Program-made: the position numbers and the translations under genes | Shown here: one piece after another, positions 1 through 8,747 of the stretch | Numbering within the stretch: position 1 is the first letter of the stretch | Layout: each line of letters begins with the position of its first letter | NCBI GenBank assembly: GCA_964460505.1 | Contig: CAYWSS010000002.1 | Coordinates: 1-29,893, forward strand | Source of the DNA: an uncultured Caldilineaceae bacterium | Lineage (GTDB): Bacteria > Chloroflexota > Anaerolineae > 4572-78 > J111 | Length of the DNA stretch: 29,893 nucleotides | Direction: 5' to 3' | Notes under the pieces: generated by a model | The model's database searches: none | What the model saw: only the letters and a program-made list of their open reading frames with translations | Told to the model about the DNA's origin: nothing

Positions 1-4
1 GCAT
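1..4 (-). CDS. possible start of a downstream minus-strand gene running off the window edge
   Basis: Minus strand reads AGAAAGGT-actgtgtc-ATG at 4..2 (SD-like motif plus ATG); no coding sequence visible to confirm. Confidence 0.3.
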
Positions 5-101
5 GACACAGTACCTTTCTTAAAAGTTCCGGTTTCAAACTAATCTCAGTATAGTATGCAATACGTTGCCGCCTTCCAAAGACCCAAAAAAATCAACAAC
101 G

Positions 102-1133
102 TTACGGTTCCCCGTTGGTTTCCACCAGAACCTTCATTCCCTGCCCTGAGCGCATCAGCTCAACCCCGTCCATCAGGTTGGACAGCGGCACCCGGTGGGT
201 GACCAGCGCAGACGGTTGCAGCCGCCGGCTTTCGAGCAGTTGGATAGTTTGCTCAAACGGTTTCAGCCCCACAAATGTACCGTGCAGGGTCAGGTCGTTG
301 CGGGTGATGGTGTACTGGTTTACCTGAGGGTGGTTGTGGGGGCGCAGGCCAAAAAGAATCACGTGCCCGCCCCGCCGGGCCAATTGAACGGTAACGCCCA
401 TCTGGTTGCCCACCGCGTCAACCACCACGTCGGCCCCCAGCCCGGTAATTTCTTTGACCGCTGCCGGCACATCGACCTGGGTGGGGTTGAGGACTTCATC
501 GACGCCCGTTTCCTGCGCAAAATTGAGGCGGAAGGGGGTAATGTCAATGGCGATGATTTTGCCCGCGCCAAGGGTGCGGTACAGCATTGCAAAGAGCAAA
601 CCCATCGGGCCGGCGCCCACAATGGCCACATTGTCCCCCGCCTGAATGGGCGTGCGGGTCACAGCGCCCACCACACAGGAGAGCGGCTCGAACAGGGCGG
701 CGTCATCGCGGGGCACATTGCTGCTGATTTTAAAGAGGGCGCTCTGGGGGGCGAGCAACCAGGGCGCAAAAGCGCCGTCGGTCGTGGTGCCGATAGTTTG
801 GTAATTGGTACACTGGTTATCCAGCCCCCGGCGGCAATATGGGCACTGGCCGCAGGTGAGCCGGGGGGCAATAACCACCCGGTCGCCGGGCTGAAGCCCC
901 GTGACGGCATTGCCGGTTTCCTGCACAATGCCCACGCCCTCGTGGCCAATAATGATGTTGGGTTTGGCTTTGTGAGCCGGGGGGGTGGCCAAAATGTTCA
1001 AATCGGTGCCGCAAATGCCGCAGGCTTCTATTTGCAGCAGGACATCGGTTGATGATTGCAGGTGGGGAATGGGGCGGGCTTCGTATTCAATCTGCCCCTC
1101 GCCCTTAAATATCGGAACGTGCATCAAGGTCAT
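102..1133 (-). CDS. Zn-dependent medium-chain alcohol dehydrogenase (sorbitol/threonine dehydrogenase-like), likely NAD-dependent polyol dehydrogenase
   Basis: ACGICGTD catalytic Cys, GHE motif, structural Zn site CGQCPYCRRGLDNQC, Rossmann GAGPMG followed by Asp (IDITP); SD GGAG upstream; 3 nt downstream of the SorC-family gene. Confidence 0.9.
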   Translation of the reverse strand: MTLMHVPIFKGEGQIEYEARPIPHLQSSTDVLLQIEACGICGTDLNILATPPAHKAKPNIIIGHEGVGIVQETGNAVTGLQPGDRVVIAPRLTCGQCPYCRRGLDNQCTNYQTIGTTTDGAFAPWLLAPQSALFKISSNVPRDDAALFEPLSCVVGAVTRTPIQAGDNVAIVGAGPMGLLFAMLYRTLGAGKIIAIDITPFRLNFAQETGVDEVLNPTQVDVPAAVKEITGLGADVVVDAVGNQMGVTVQLARRGGHVILFGLRPHNHPQVNQYTITRNDLTLHGTFVGLKPFEQTIQLLESRRLQPSALVTHRVPLSNLMDGVELMRSGQGMKVLVETNGEP

Positions 1134-1136
1134 TTT

Positions 1137-2096
1137 TTAAGCTCCACGGTTGAACTTTAATATTTCTCTGGCAGTGGTATCATCGGTAATAAACACTTTG
1201 ATGGTGCAGGTACTTAACGCGCCCACAATGGCTCTGGTTTTTTCCCGGCCCCGGGCCACGGCAATGACGTTGGGGATGGCGCATAAATCGTCAAACGTGA
1301 TGCCGATGATGCGTTGGTTGTAGGGGGTTGGGTGCGGTTGGCCGGTGAGGTTGAAAATCTGGCCGGCCATATCGCCCACCGCCCCATCATCAATCAAATC
1401 GGCCAGGATTTCGCGGCTGATAACGCCCGCTTTGACAAAGCCGGAGGCGTCCGGGTCGAGGTTGCCAATGCCCACCAGGGCCACGTTGGACTGCCCGGCC
1501 GTGACCAGGGTATGTTTGATATTTTGCTGGCTGCGCAGCACCCCGGCGGCTTCAACACTGTCGGCAATGAAGGGGGAAGACAGATACAGCACCTGGCCGC
1601 CCAGTTTTTGGGCAAGTTGGCGGGCCATGGTGGCGCTGTCCTGCTCCCGGCTGGCAAAGGGAATGCTGCCGGTGGCCTGGGCCACCCGAATGCGGGCGTG
1701 AAAATCGGGGCTGATGGCATCAATGACCTCGAAGGTGGATTTGCCCATGCACATGGCCAGGGTCATGCCATCCTGCAGAACCTGCTCAAGATATTGAGCG
1801 CCCAGTTGGCCCAGTTGTCGCAGCACCGGGGTATTGTTGGGGGAGGCGGTGGTTCTGAGGACCAGCGCCTCTTTGAGGCCAAAATCTTCTTTAAGCGATT
1901 GTTCTAACTGAACGTTTCTCTCGATGGGCCAGCTAATCTGTATCTGCACCACCCGCTTTTTTTTGGCTTGTTTGAGCAGCCGATAAATTTTAACCCGGGA
2001 AAGACCCATTTCTTTTGCAATTGCGTTTTGGGTCATTTCCTGCTCGTAATATAAAGAGGCAACGCGCGCTAATAGTTGATGCTGACTGTTGTCCAT
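1137..2096 (-). CDS. SorC/DeoR/LsrR-family sugar-binding transcriptional regulator
   Basis: N-terminal HTH LARVASLYYEQEMTQNAIAKEMGLSRVKIYRLL; C-terminal sugar-binding domain (ALVGIG, GAVGD, IAVARGREKTRAI, ITDDTTA); start trimmed from 2135 to the Met at 2096 (MDNSQHQ). Confidence 0.9.
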   Translation of the reverse strand: MDNSQHQLLARVASLYYEQEMTQNAIAKEMGLSRVKIYRLLKQAKKKRVVQIQISWPIERNVQLEQSLKEDFGLKEALVLRTTASPNNTPVLRQLGQLGAQYLEQVLQDGMTLAMCMGKSTFEVIDAISPDFHARIRVAQATGSIPFASREQDSATMARQLAQKLGGQVLYLSSPFIADSVEAAGVLRSQQNIKHTLVTAGQSNVALVGIGNLDPDASGFVKAGVISREILADLIDDGAVGDMAGQIFNLTGQPHPTPYNQRIIGITFDDLCAIPNVIAVARGREKTRAIVGALSTCTIKVFITDDTTAREILKFNRGA

Positions 2097-2120
2097 TGCA
2101 GAACCGCTGAAGAAATAAAA

Positions 2121-2155
2121 TGTGCATTTGCACACTTAAATAGTAATATGCACAC
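2121..2155. promoter_or_regulatory. candidate operator of the SorC-family regulator
   Basis: Palindrome TGTGCA-tt-TGCACA at 2121-2134 and TGCACAC direct repeat at 2129-2135 and 2149-2155 (20-bp period), immediately downstream of the -10. Confidence 0.5.
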
Positions 2156-2184
2156 AGTATAACATTGTTCGAGAGGGGAGTCAA
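2156..2184 (-). promoter_or_regulatory. sigma70-type promoter for the sorC-like/ADH operon
   Basis: Minus strand TTGACT (2184-2179), 17-bp spacer, TG-n-TATACT (2161-2156). Confidence 0.7.
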
Positions 2185-2494
2185 GCAATTTCTATAGAGT
2201 ATTACCCTGCAACATTTGCGTTGCGCTTGCGGCGAGAATCATTTGTTAATTATTCATTATTCATTGTTAATTTGCGGCTTGCCGCGCTATGTTTTCTTTT
2301 GTCTGGCACGTACTTTATCCGAGGCGCTTATTTTTGCTTTTCATTTTGATATGATGGTATAATTGGCTATTGTACCGGGAATTGGAGTAAATTGCCCGAC
2401 AAACACTGGATGTGGGAACGCCAGGTTTGTAACGCAGTGTCGGGAACCACTGTAAGCGGGGTGATTTTCTGCTTATCCTTGAAGGAAGGAAAAT

Positions 2495-3625
2495 ATGTCA
2501 TTAAATTTGCGTATCAGCAGACCCCGTCCGCGTAAATCGCGTGCGCCGCTGTTTTGGTTATTTGCCGCGATTCTATTTTCTGCGGGCTGGTTGGCCTGGT
2601 TACGAGGCTGGCAACCGGCTGAAACTTTTGACCGGCTGCAAAACCTGCGAACCAGCGATTTGGCTGCAAGATTTCAGCGTGATGTTCTACCGTTTGTTCC
2701 CCCCCCTTTGGGTATTGATATCCCCCAATTGGAACAATTGCAAACACAAACAGCTCCGGTGGCCCCACCGCAGTCTGATGCCGTGGTGATGGTTGCCAGG
2801 CAGGTCATCGAGAATCCGCAGAGCAACGCCTTCACCTCAGACCTCTACCGCGCCACCGGCAAAGACGATATCCCCTGGCCAAATATTGATGGCCGTACCC
2901 GTGTAGAAATTTACGAAGTTCAATCCGGCGATTCATTGTGGGGAATTTCCAGCCGGTTTGGGCTGGATATCGACACCCTGCGCTGGTCTAACATAGAACT
3001 TGAGCGCAATCCCGATGTGCTTTCCGTGGGTACAGAATTGAACATCCTGCCGGTGCAAGGCGCCTATCACATTGTGGCCGAGGGTGATTCCATCGAATCA
3101 ATCGCCCTGTTGTACGGTGTGGCCAAAACCGGCATCACCGCATATCCGCCCAACGGTCTTTTTTCTCCCTTCAAGTTGGAAAATGGCCAGGGAATAATTG
3201 TCCCCTATGGCCGCAAGGGAATCAAGCTGCCGCAGCCTTCGCTTTCGTGGGAAGCTGAGTTGGCCTGGCCCGTGGTTGGCTTCATCACTACAAATTTTCT
3301 CCCCGCGCACGAAGCCCTTGATATTGGCGCGCCGTACGGCTCCACCGTGTACGCTGCCGCTGCCGGCACCATCACCTACGCCGATTGGGCCCGGGAAGGA
3401 TACGGGTACACGGTTATCATTAACCACGGTAACGGCCTGCAAACCTGGTACAACCACCTTAAGGGTGCCCTGCTGCCCGCCGGCAATATCATCGAACGCG
3501 GCGCTCCCATCGGTGAGGTGGGCAGCACCGGCCACTCAACCGGCCCTCACGTTCATTTTGAGGTTCGGGTTGATGGGCAGCGGGTCAATCCACTCCATTA
3601 CCTGCCCGGCAACACCCCCAGGTAG
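2495..3625 (+). CDS. membrane-anchored LysM + M23 metallopeptidase (peptidoglycan hydrolase family)
   Basis: N-terminal TM helix; two LysM starts (YEVQSGDSLWGISSRFGL, HIVAEGDSIESIALLYGV); M23 motifs HEALD (HxxxD) and HVHFEV (HxH). Confidence 0.9.
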   Translation: MSLNLRISRPRPRKSRAPLFWLFAAILFSAGWLAWLRGWQPAETFDRLQNLRTSDLAARFQRDVLPFVPPPLGIDIPQLEQLQTQTAPVAPPQSDAVVMVARQVIENPQSNAFTSDLYRATGKDDIPWPNIDGRTRVEIYEVQSGDSLWGISSRFGLDIDTLRWSNIELERNPDVLSVGTELNILPVQGAYHIVAEGDSIESIALLYGVAKTGITAYPPNGLFSPFKLENGQGIIVPYGRKGIKLPQPSLSWEAELAWPVVGFITTNFLPAHEALDIGAPYGSTVYAAAAGTITYADWAREGYGYTVIINHGNGLQTWYNHLKGALLPAGNIIERGAPIGEVGSTGHSTGPHVHFEVRVDGQRVNPLHYLPGNTPR

Positions 3626-3850
3626 TTTATTTCCCAACTCTCCTGAAAAAAGGTGCATTTTTACCGCAAAGACGCAGGGCACACAAAGTTTTAAAGATTT
3701 TTGAAAAAACTGCTGAAAATGCGCTAAAAAACGTTTGGCGGCCCAATATTTTCAGCCTCAAGCCCTCCACACCTGCGGTTACTGAGTCAGTTTACAAACA
3801 GAGGTCTCAGGGATTTCTCGTCGTACCTCCTCAAAATGACATATTTCAAA

Positions 3851-3879
3851 TGCACAAGTTATTTAATCCCGGTTCCTTA
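3851..3879. repeat. solo copy of the terminal repeat of element A
   Basis: AAGTTATTTAATCCCGGTTCC-TTA matches AAGTTATTTAATCCCGATTCC-TAA at 5546-5569. Confidence 0.6.
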
Positions 3880-3958
3880 GTTTTTTGACCTTTTTTCAGG
3901 GGAGTCATTCATTGCATTTTAAATTCTGTGGCGGCTTCAGTTTGCCCTCTTTTGCACG

Positions 3959-5260
3959 TTGGGGCTATACTGCCCTGATTATTTTGAAGACAGGACAAAT
4001 CTGTTGAAACCATTGGCAAATTTAATGGGCCGCATCGCCCTGATTGGGGTTGGGGTGCTGATTCCGCTGCTGCTGCTGGATGTTGGGGTGCGCCTGATGG
4101 GCCTGGCCCCCCCGCCGGAACCCAATCCGGCCATTTGGGAACCGCACCCTTTGCTTGGCTGGTGGCATGTGCCCTACAGCGGCGGCACATTTCACAGCGA
4201 TTACGCCGAGTTTGAGGCCGAGGTGCGCATTAACGCCCGTGGCCTCCGTGACCGGGAAATTGGCTACGACAACCCGGATGGCGCCTTTCGGGTGCTCTCC
4301 CTGGCCGATTCATTTGGCGAGGCGCTCCAGGTAAATCTGGATGAAACTTATCACAAGCAACTGGAGGCACAACTGGCAGAATCGATGGGGCAGCCGGTTG
4401 AGGTGCTCAACGCCGGCGTGGGCGGCTGGGGCACCGACCAGGAAGCCATATTTTATCTGGCCGAGGGCTTTCGGTACGAGCCGGAGGTAGTGCTGCTGGC
4501 ATTTTTTGTTCGCAACGATGCCGTAAACAATTTCGGCCCGCTGGAACTTGAACGGAACGGTGGCGTGCAGCAAAAACAATTCTTTACATTGTCGCCTGCG
4601 GGCGAGCTAATTCCTCCCCCATTAGAGGCGGGGGAAACCGCGCAGCCTGCGCCGCAGTCCGAGCCTTCAGAGAAACCGGCCCTGATTGGGGCCGCGGATA
4701 CATTGTGGCAATACTCGGCGCTGTACCGCTTTCTGGTGCCTTATTTAAGGGATATTCCCCCGGTGGTGCAGCAGTTAGGCCCCAGTGGAATTCTTGGGGG
4801 CGAGGCGGTGGTTCGGGCCGGTCATCCCACCACGCCCATTCCGTTTTTTGTCTACCGCGAGCCGGCTGACGACCAGTTTGAGTTGGCCTGGAAACTGACC
4901 GAAGCCATCATCGCTGCCCTGCGCGATGAAGTGGAAAATCGTGGGGCAAAGCTGGCCGTGGTTCTCATTGGCGCACCGGAGCAGGTGTATTCCGAAGAAT
5001 GGAAAAAAACGGTGGCCGGACACCCGAATATGCAATTGTACAATTGGGATTTGAATGCGCCCAATCGCCGCCTGACCAGGTTCTTAAGCCAGGAGGGTAT
5101 TCCTCATCTGGATTTGCTGCCGGTCTTTCGACAGGCTGCGGAAAAGCCAAACACCCCGCCGCTACACTTTCAACATGACCAGCACTGGACGCCGGCAGGG
5201 CATAAGCTGGCCGCAGAAGCCATTCATGAATTCCTGGCCAACGACGTGATGGGACAATAG
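3959..5260 (+). CDS. membrane-anchored SGNH/GDSL hydrolase-family protein (AlgX/AlgJ-like)
   Basis: N-terminal TM; block I LADSFGE, block II VLNAGVGGWGTDQE, block III FFVRND, block V HDQHWTPAGH; true start uncertain (TTG 4004 or ATG 4025 plausible). Confidence 0.8.
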   Translation: MGLYCPDYFEDRTNLLKPLANLMGRIALIGVGVLIPLLLLDVGVRLMGLAPPPEPNPAIWEPHPLLGWWHVPYSGGTFHSDYAEFEAEVRINARGLRDREIGYDNPDGAFRVLSLADSFGEALQVNLDETYHKQLEAQLAESMGQPVEVLNAGVGGWGTDQEAIFYLAEGFRYEPEVVLLAFFVRNDAVNNFGPLELERNGGVQQKQFFTLSPAGELIPPPLEAGETAQPAPQSEPSEKPALIGAADTLWQYSALYRFLVPYLRDIPPVVQQLGPSGILGGEAVVRAGHPTTPIPFFVYREPADDQFELAWKLTEAIIAALRDEVENRGAKLAVVLIGAPEQVYSEEWKKTVAGHPNMQLYNWDLNAPNRRLTRFLSQEGIPHLDLLPVFRQAAEKPNTPPLHFQHDQHWTPAGHKLAAEAIHEFLANDVMGQ

Positions 5261-5267
5261 GTACTAA

Positions 5268-5566
5268 GGAATGGCGCGTAAATAACTTACCCAATTGGGG
5301 CCGGCAACATATTGCGTATTACGTACTCCGTAAAGGTACAGGTTCAGTAACCCCGGTGCTGTGGCCGGTCTCCGACCAAGCCACCTCTAGGCGGGCGCGG
5401 TCAGGAGACCGGCCACAGCGCGATTCTGACGGGTTCACAGAACTTGTATCCGTAAAGAGCAAAATTATACGCAACACTTGCGCCGGACCCCTGCGGGTCA
5501 GTGCAGGTGTACGCAGTACGCAATACGCAATACGAGGAAATGGGTAAGTTATTTAATCCCGATTCC
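5268..5566. mobile_element. MITE-like element A (26-bp imperfect TIRs, TAA flanks) between convergent genes
   Basis: Left GGAATGGCGCGTAAATAACTTACCCA vs reverse complement of right end GGAATCGGGATTAAATAACTTACCCA (22/26); TAA at 5265-5267 and 5567-5569; no ORF. Confidence 0.65.
5336..5449. mobile_element. MITE-like palindromic element B, copy 1 (nested in element A)
   Basis: Imperfect TIR TACAGGTTCAGTAACCC / GGGTTCACAGAACTTGTA; internal perfect 16-bp stem 5358-5373/5404-5419; flanking direct repeat CCGTAAAG (5328-5335, 5450-5457); second copy at 10320. Confidence 0.75.
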
Positions 5567-5599
5567 TAAGCGACTCTCTTCCAACGATTACATACGCCC

Positions 5600-6727
5600 T
5601 CACCACACTCGGTTTTTATCGCCCACATAAGCTGCTTTGGGTCGGATGAGCCGTCCTGTTTCCTGCTGTTCAAAGCAGTGGGCGGTCCAGCCTGCCACGC
5701 GGCCAATGGCGAAAATGGGGGTGAATAACTCAGTGGGCAACCCCAACCCGTGTAATAACAGGGCGGTGTAAAACTCCACGTTGGTTTGCAGGTTGCGGCC
5801 CGGTTTGTATTCGGCCAGCAAATCGACTGCTGTCTGTTCCACACTGCGAGACAGGTGGTACAGGGCCATATTGCCATCGGCCCGGTAGAAACGCTCTGCC
5901 GCACTGGACAGTACCCCGGCCCGGGGATCGCGCACTTTGTATACCCGGTGCCCAAAGCCCATCAACCGTTCACCCTTCTCCAGTTTTTGCCGTAAATAAC
6001 CTTCAGCTTGGTTCGCCTCGCCAATTTCAAAAACCATATCCAGCGCCGGGCCGGGCGCGCCGCCGTGCAGGGGGCCTTTTAATGCTCCCAGCGCTCCCAC
6101 CACTGCCGAAATCATATCGGACCGGGTAGCAATAATGACCCGGGCCGCAAACGTAGAGGCGTTGAAGCCGTGATCGACCACGGTGTTTAGATAGGTTTCC
6201 AGCCCGCGCACGCGAGCCTCGCCGGGGTGCTGCCCGGAGAGCATATAAAAGGTGTTAGCCGCGTGCCCCAGGTCCACTTGCGGGGAAATTGGCTCCTTTC
6301 CGTTCAGCAACCGCCAGTAGGCGGCCACAATTGTTGGAAACGCGGCCACCACCGTGAGCGCATCCCGTTGAGAATTGCTGGAGGGGCCGCTGTCCGGCAT
6401 GTTCAGGCTGAGCGTGCCGGCGGCCATCCGCAGAGCATCCATGCCTGATACGCACGCTCCGGCGGCGGCGCGCAACAAATTCAGGGTAGCTTCCGGCAGT
6501 GTTCGATGCGTATTCAGCGCCTGTTTGAAAATGGACAGCGAATCGGCATTGGGCAGGACATCGTGCCACAGCAAGTAGACGGTTTCTTCAAAGGTGGCGT
6601 TGGCCGCCAGTTCTTCCAACGGATACCCGGCAATAATCAGTTCACCCTTTTGCCCGTTAACGCTGCTCAAGCGCGTTTCGGCAGCAATTACGCCCTCCAA
6701 TCCAGATTTGATTACGGTGTTTGGCAT
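5600..6727 (-). CDS. citrate synthase family protein, NVEF variant (CitA/CS-I-like)
   Basis: GLEGVIAAETRLS start, DHGFNASTFAAR, GPLHGGA, GFGHRVYKVRDPR, GRVAGW, LIRP; the catalytic Asp position reads NVEFY. Confidence 0.9.
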   Translation of the reverse strand: MPNTVIKSGLEGVIAAETRLSSVNGQKGELIIAGYPLEELAANATFEETVYLLWHDVLPNADSLSIFKQALNTHRTLPEATLNLLRAAAGACVSGMDALRMAAGTLSLNMPDSGPSSNSQRDALTVVAAFPTIVAAYWRLLNGKEPISPQVDLGHAANTFYMLSGQHPGEARVRGLETYLNTVVDHGFNASTFAARVIIATRSDMISAVVGALGALKGPLHGGAPGPALDMVFEIGEANQAEGYLRQKLEKGERLMGFGHRVYKVRDPRAGVLSSAAERFYRADGNMALYHLSRSVEQTAVDLLAEYKPGRNLQTNVEFYTALLLHGLGLPTELFTPIFAIGRVAGWTAHCFEQQETGRLIRPKAAYVGDKNRVW

Positions 6728-6734
6728 TAGTTAC

Positions 6735-7916
6735 TCAATTCATTTTTATAACGGTCATAAGCGCTTGCGACAGCCGCTTGATACCTTCTTTGATTTTGGT
6801 CTCGTCCGAGTTGGAAAAATTGAGGCGGAAAGTGTTGTCTCCTGCGCCATCGACATAAAATGGTTTGCCCGGCACAAAGGCTACATTGAGTTGGGTGGCG
6901 GCCTCGAACAGCTCCATTGCGGATACATTTTCGGGCAGCGTGACCCACACAAACATTCCTCCTTCGGGCCGGGTAAATGTCACTTCCGGCGGAAGACATT
7001 CTTCCAGCATGGCAACCATCAGATTTCGCTGCTTTTTGTAGGCGGTTTTAATAGTGGACAGGTGGCGGTCCAAATCGTTGTCGTGCAGGTACCGGTAAAC
7101 AATGCGCTGCGCCAGATAGTTTGAGTGCAGATCAGAGGCTTGTTTGGCCACGACAATTTTTTCCATAATAAAGTTGGGAGCGCAAATCCAGCCCAGACGC
7201 AGCCCAGGCGACACCACCTTTGAAAAGGACCCCAACAGCACAATATTTCGCTCGATAAATTTGCGCATAGAGGGCTGGGGTTCGCCGGCAAATCTCAACT
7301 CGCCATAGGGGTTGTCTTCCACCAAAATGGTATCCCAATCCTGCAAAATGCCGGCTACGGCCCGGCGCTTTGCCCGCGAGTAGGTGATGCCGGACGGATT
7401 TTGAAAATTGGGTACGGTGTAAAACAGTTTCACCGGCCCGTTTTTCAGAGTCGTTTGCAACCGGTCTGTATCAATGCCATCTTCCAGCAAAGGCACGGCC
7501 TGAAATTGCGGTTCGTAGAGCGAAAACGCCTGAATTGCTCCCAAATAGCCGGGACGCTCCAAAACCACCCGGTCGCCGGGGTTGATAAATAATTTGCCAA
7601 TCAGGTCAAGCCCCTGCTGCGAGCCGTTGGTGATAAGAATTTCGGACGGTTCAATGGATAGCCCGTACCGTTTGTACCGGTTGGCAATAAATTCCCGCAG
7701 GGGCGGGTACCCCTCGGTGGTGCTGTATTGCAGCGCTTTTGTTCCGTCCCGGCGCAGTACTTTTTGAGTGGCGGCGGCAATCTCTGCCACGGGAAAGAAG
7801 TCCGGGTTGGGCAAGCCGCCGGCAAACGAGATGATTTCCGGGTTTTGAGTTACCTTCAGGATTTCTCTGATAAAAGATTTGGGGGTGTTGTACATTCGAT
7901 TTGCAAAAGTGGTCAC
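6735..7916 (-). CDS. PLP-dependent class I/II aminotransferase (MocR/ARO8/LysN-like, no HTH)
   Basis: IISFAGGLP, ITNGSQQGLD, PNFQNPSG, EDNPY, GSFSKVVSPGLRLGW (PLP Lys), EGGMF, RLNFS; GTG start with SD GGAG. Confidence 0.9.
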   Translation of the reverse strand: MTTFANRMYNTPKSFIREILKVTQNPEIISFAGGLPNPDFFPVAEIAAATQKVLRRDGTKALQYSTTEGYPPLREFIANRYKRYGLSIEPSEILITNGSQQGLDLIGKLFINPGDRVVLERPGYLGAIQAFSLYEPQFQAVPLLEDGIDTDRLQTTLKNGPVKLFYTVPNFQNPSGITYSRAKRRAVAGILQDWDTILVEDNPYGELRFAGEPQPSMRKFIERNIVLLGSFSKVVSPGLRLGWICAPNFIMEKIVVAKQASDLHSNYLAQRIVYRYLHDNDLDRHLSTIKTAYKKQRNLMVAMLEECLPPEVTFTRPEGGMFVWVTLPENVSAMELFEAATQLNVAFVPGKPFYVDGAGDNTFRLNFSNSDETKIKEGIKRLSQALMTVIKMN

Positions 7917-7952
7917 AATTTTTCTCCGTGTTAAAATTTGGCTTATGTTCAG

Positions 7953-7972
7953 TACAAGTGACCGGCACTTGT
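7953..7972. repeat. short REP-like palindrome, half copy of the 12106 repeat
   Basis: TACAAGTGACCGGCACTT (7953-7970) identical to 12103-12120; CAAGTG-N5-CACTTG is self-complementary. Confidence 0.6.
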
Positions 7973-7985
7973 TCCAGACATAAGC

Positions 7986-8663
7986 CTAAAATTTTTGCCC
8001 GGAGTATACCACAAAGGCATAATTTTTGTACCAGCAATGAGCTTGCTTAAAGCCCACTTGCTTCAACCAGGCCAACTGCACCTCCAGCGGCGATGAAATA
8101 TCCTCCTGCCGGCGCTCAATGGAAAGCGCCAGATCGGCCTCGGACACGCCCAGCGCTCGGGTCTGTTGCAGCCAGGTGCGCCGGTAGTGCTGCTCGATAG
8201 CCGGTGTTTCGCCCAGCGCCTGGTCGGCGTTGATGAAGATGCCGTTCTTTTGCAAGGCATGGTACACTTTTCCAAACAGCGCCAGTTTATTTGTGTTGGC
8301 CAGGTGGTGAATAGACAGGGCCGAAACCACGACCTGATATGGGCCGGTAATTTCTTCTTTGGCATAATCCATCACCTGATACTGGAATTGTTTGGGGTTG
8401 TGGGCAAAACGCTCGCGGGCCTTATTGAGCATGTCTTCCGAAAAGTCTACCAGTGTCAGTCTGGCATTTGAAAATGCCTCGGCCACCATTGCGGATAACA
8501 GGCCCGTTCCGGCTCCCAGATCAAGAATTTCAATATTAGCGTCCCGCGAAAAGGGGATGAGTTCCAGCGCGGTGCTGTAAAAATCGTCAAAGCACGGCAG
8601 GAGTTGGCGGCGGGTTGCATCGTAGGTTGGGGCTGATTTATCAAACAGGGTTTTGACACGCAT
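7986..8663 (-). CDS. class I SAM-dependent methyltransferase (CmoA/small-molecule MTase-like)
   Basis: Motif I ILDLGAGTG, motif II LVDFSEDML, VVVSALSIHH, GIFINAD; SD GGAG. Confidence 0.9.
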   Translation of the reverse strand: MRVKTLFDKSAPTYDATRRQLLPCFDDFYSTALELIPFSRDANIEILDLGAGTGLLSAMVAEAFSNARLTLVDFSEDMLNKARERFAHNPKQFQYQVMDYAKEEITGPYQVVVSALSIHHLANTNKLALFGKVYHALQKNGIFINADQALGETPAIEQHYRRTWLQQTRALGVSEADLALSIERRQEDISSPLEVQLAWLKQVGFKQAHCWYKNYAFVVYSGQKF

Positions 8664-8696
8664 TTTTTATCTCCGAATTTACAATTTTTGGAAAGT

Positions 8697-8726
8697 ATTA
8701 TAGAATAAATTGTAATAGCTTGTCAA
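8697..8726 (-). promoter_or_regulatory. consensus sigma70 promoter for the MTase-aminotransferase-citrate synthase operon
   Basis: Minus strand exact TTGACA (8726-8721), 18-bp spacer, exact TATAAT (8702-8697). Confidence 0.75.
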
Positions 8727-8747
8727 TATTGATTTTATAATCAATAT
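8726..8747. promoter_or_regulatory. candidate operator, perfect 9-4-9 inverted repeat
   Basis: ATATTGATT-ttat-AATCAATAT abutting the leftward -35 and overlapping a possible rightward TTGATT-N17-TATTTT (8729-8757). Confidence 0.6.

Noticed and set aside
195-1052. 285-aa plus-strand ORF opposite the dehydrogenase
   Set aside because: Antisense shadow of a well-supported gene in GC-rich DNA; no motifs
2097-2135. 13-codon N-terminal extension of the SorC-family ORF
   Set aside because: Overlaps the candidate operator/leader; family proteins start near the HTH
5356-5547. Small ORFs at 5356-5547 and 10228-10527 sharing translated sequence
   Set aside because: Similarity comes from the non-coding element B, not from a protein family
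6735-7916. Aminotransferase as a MocR/GabR regulator
   Set aside because: No N-terminal wHTH; 393 aa matches the stand-alone enzyme
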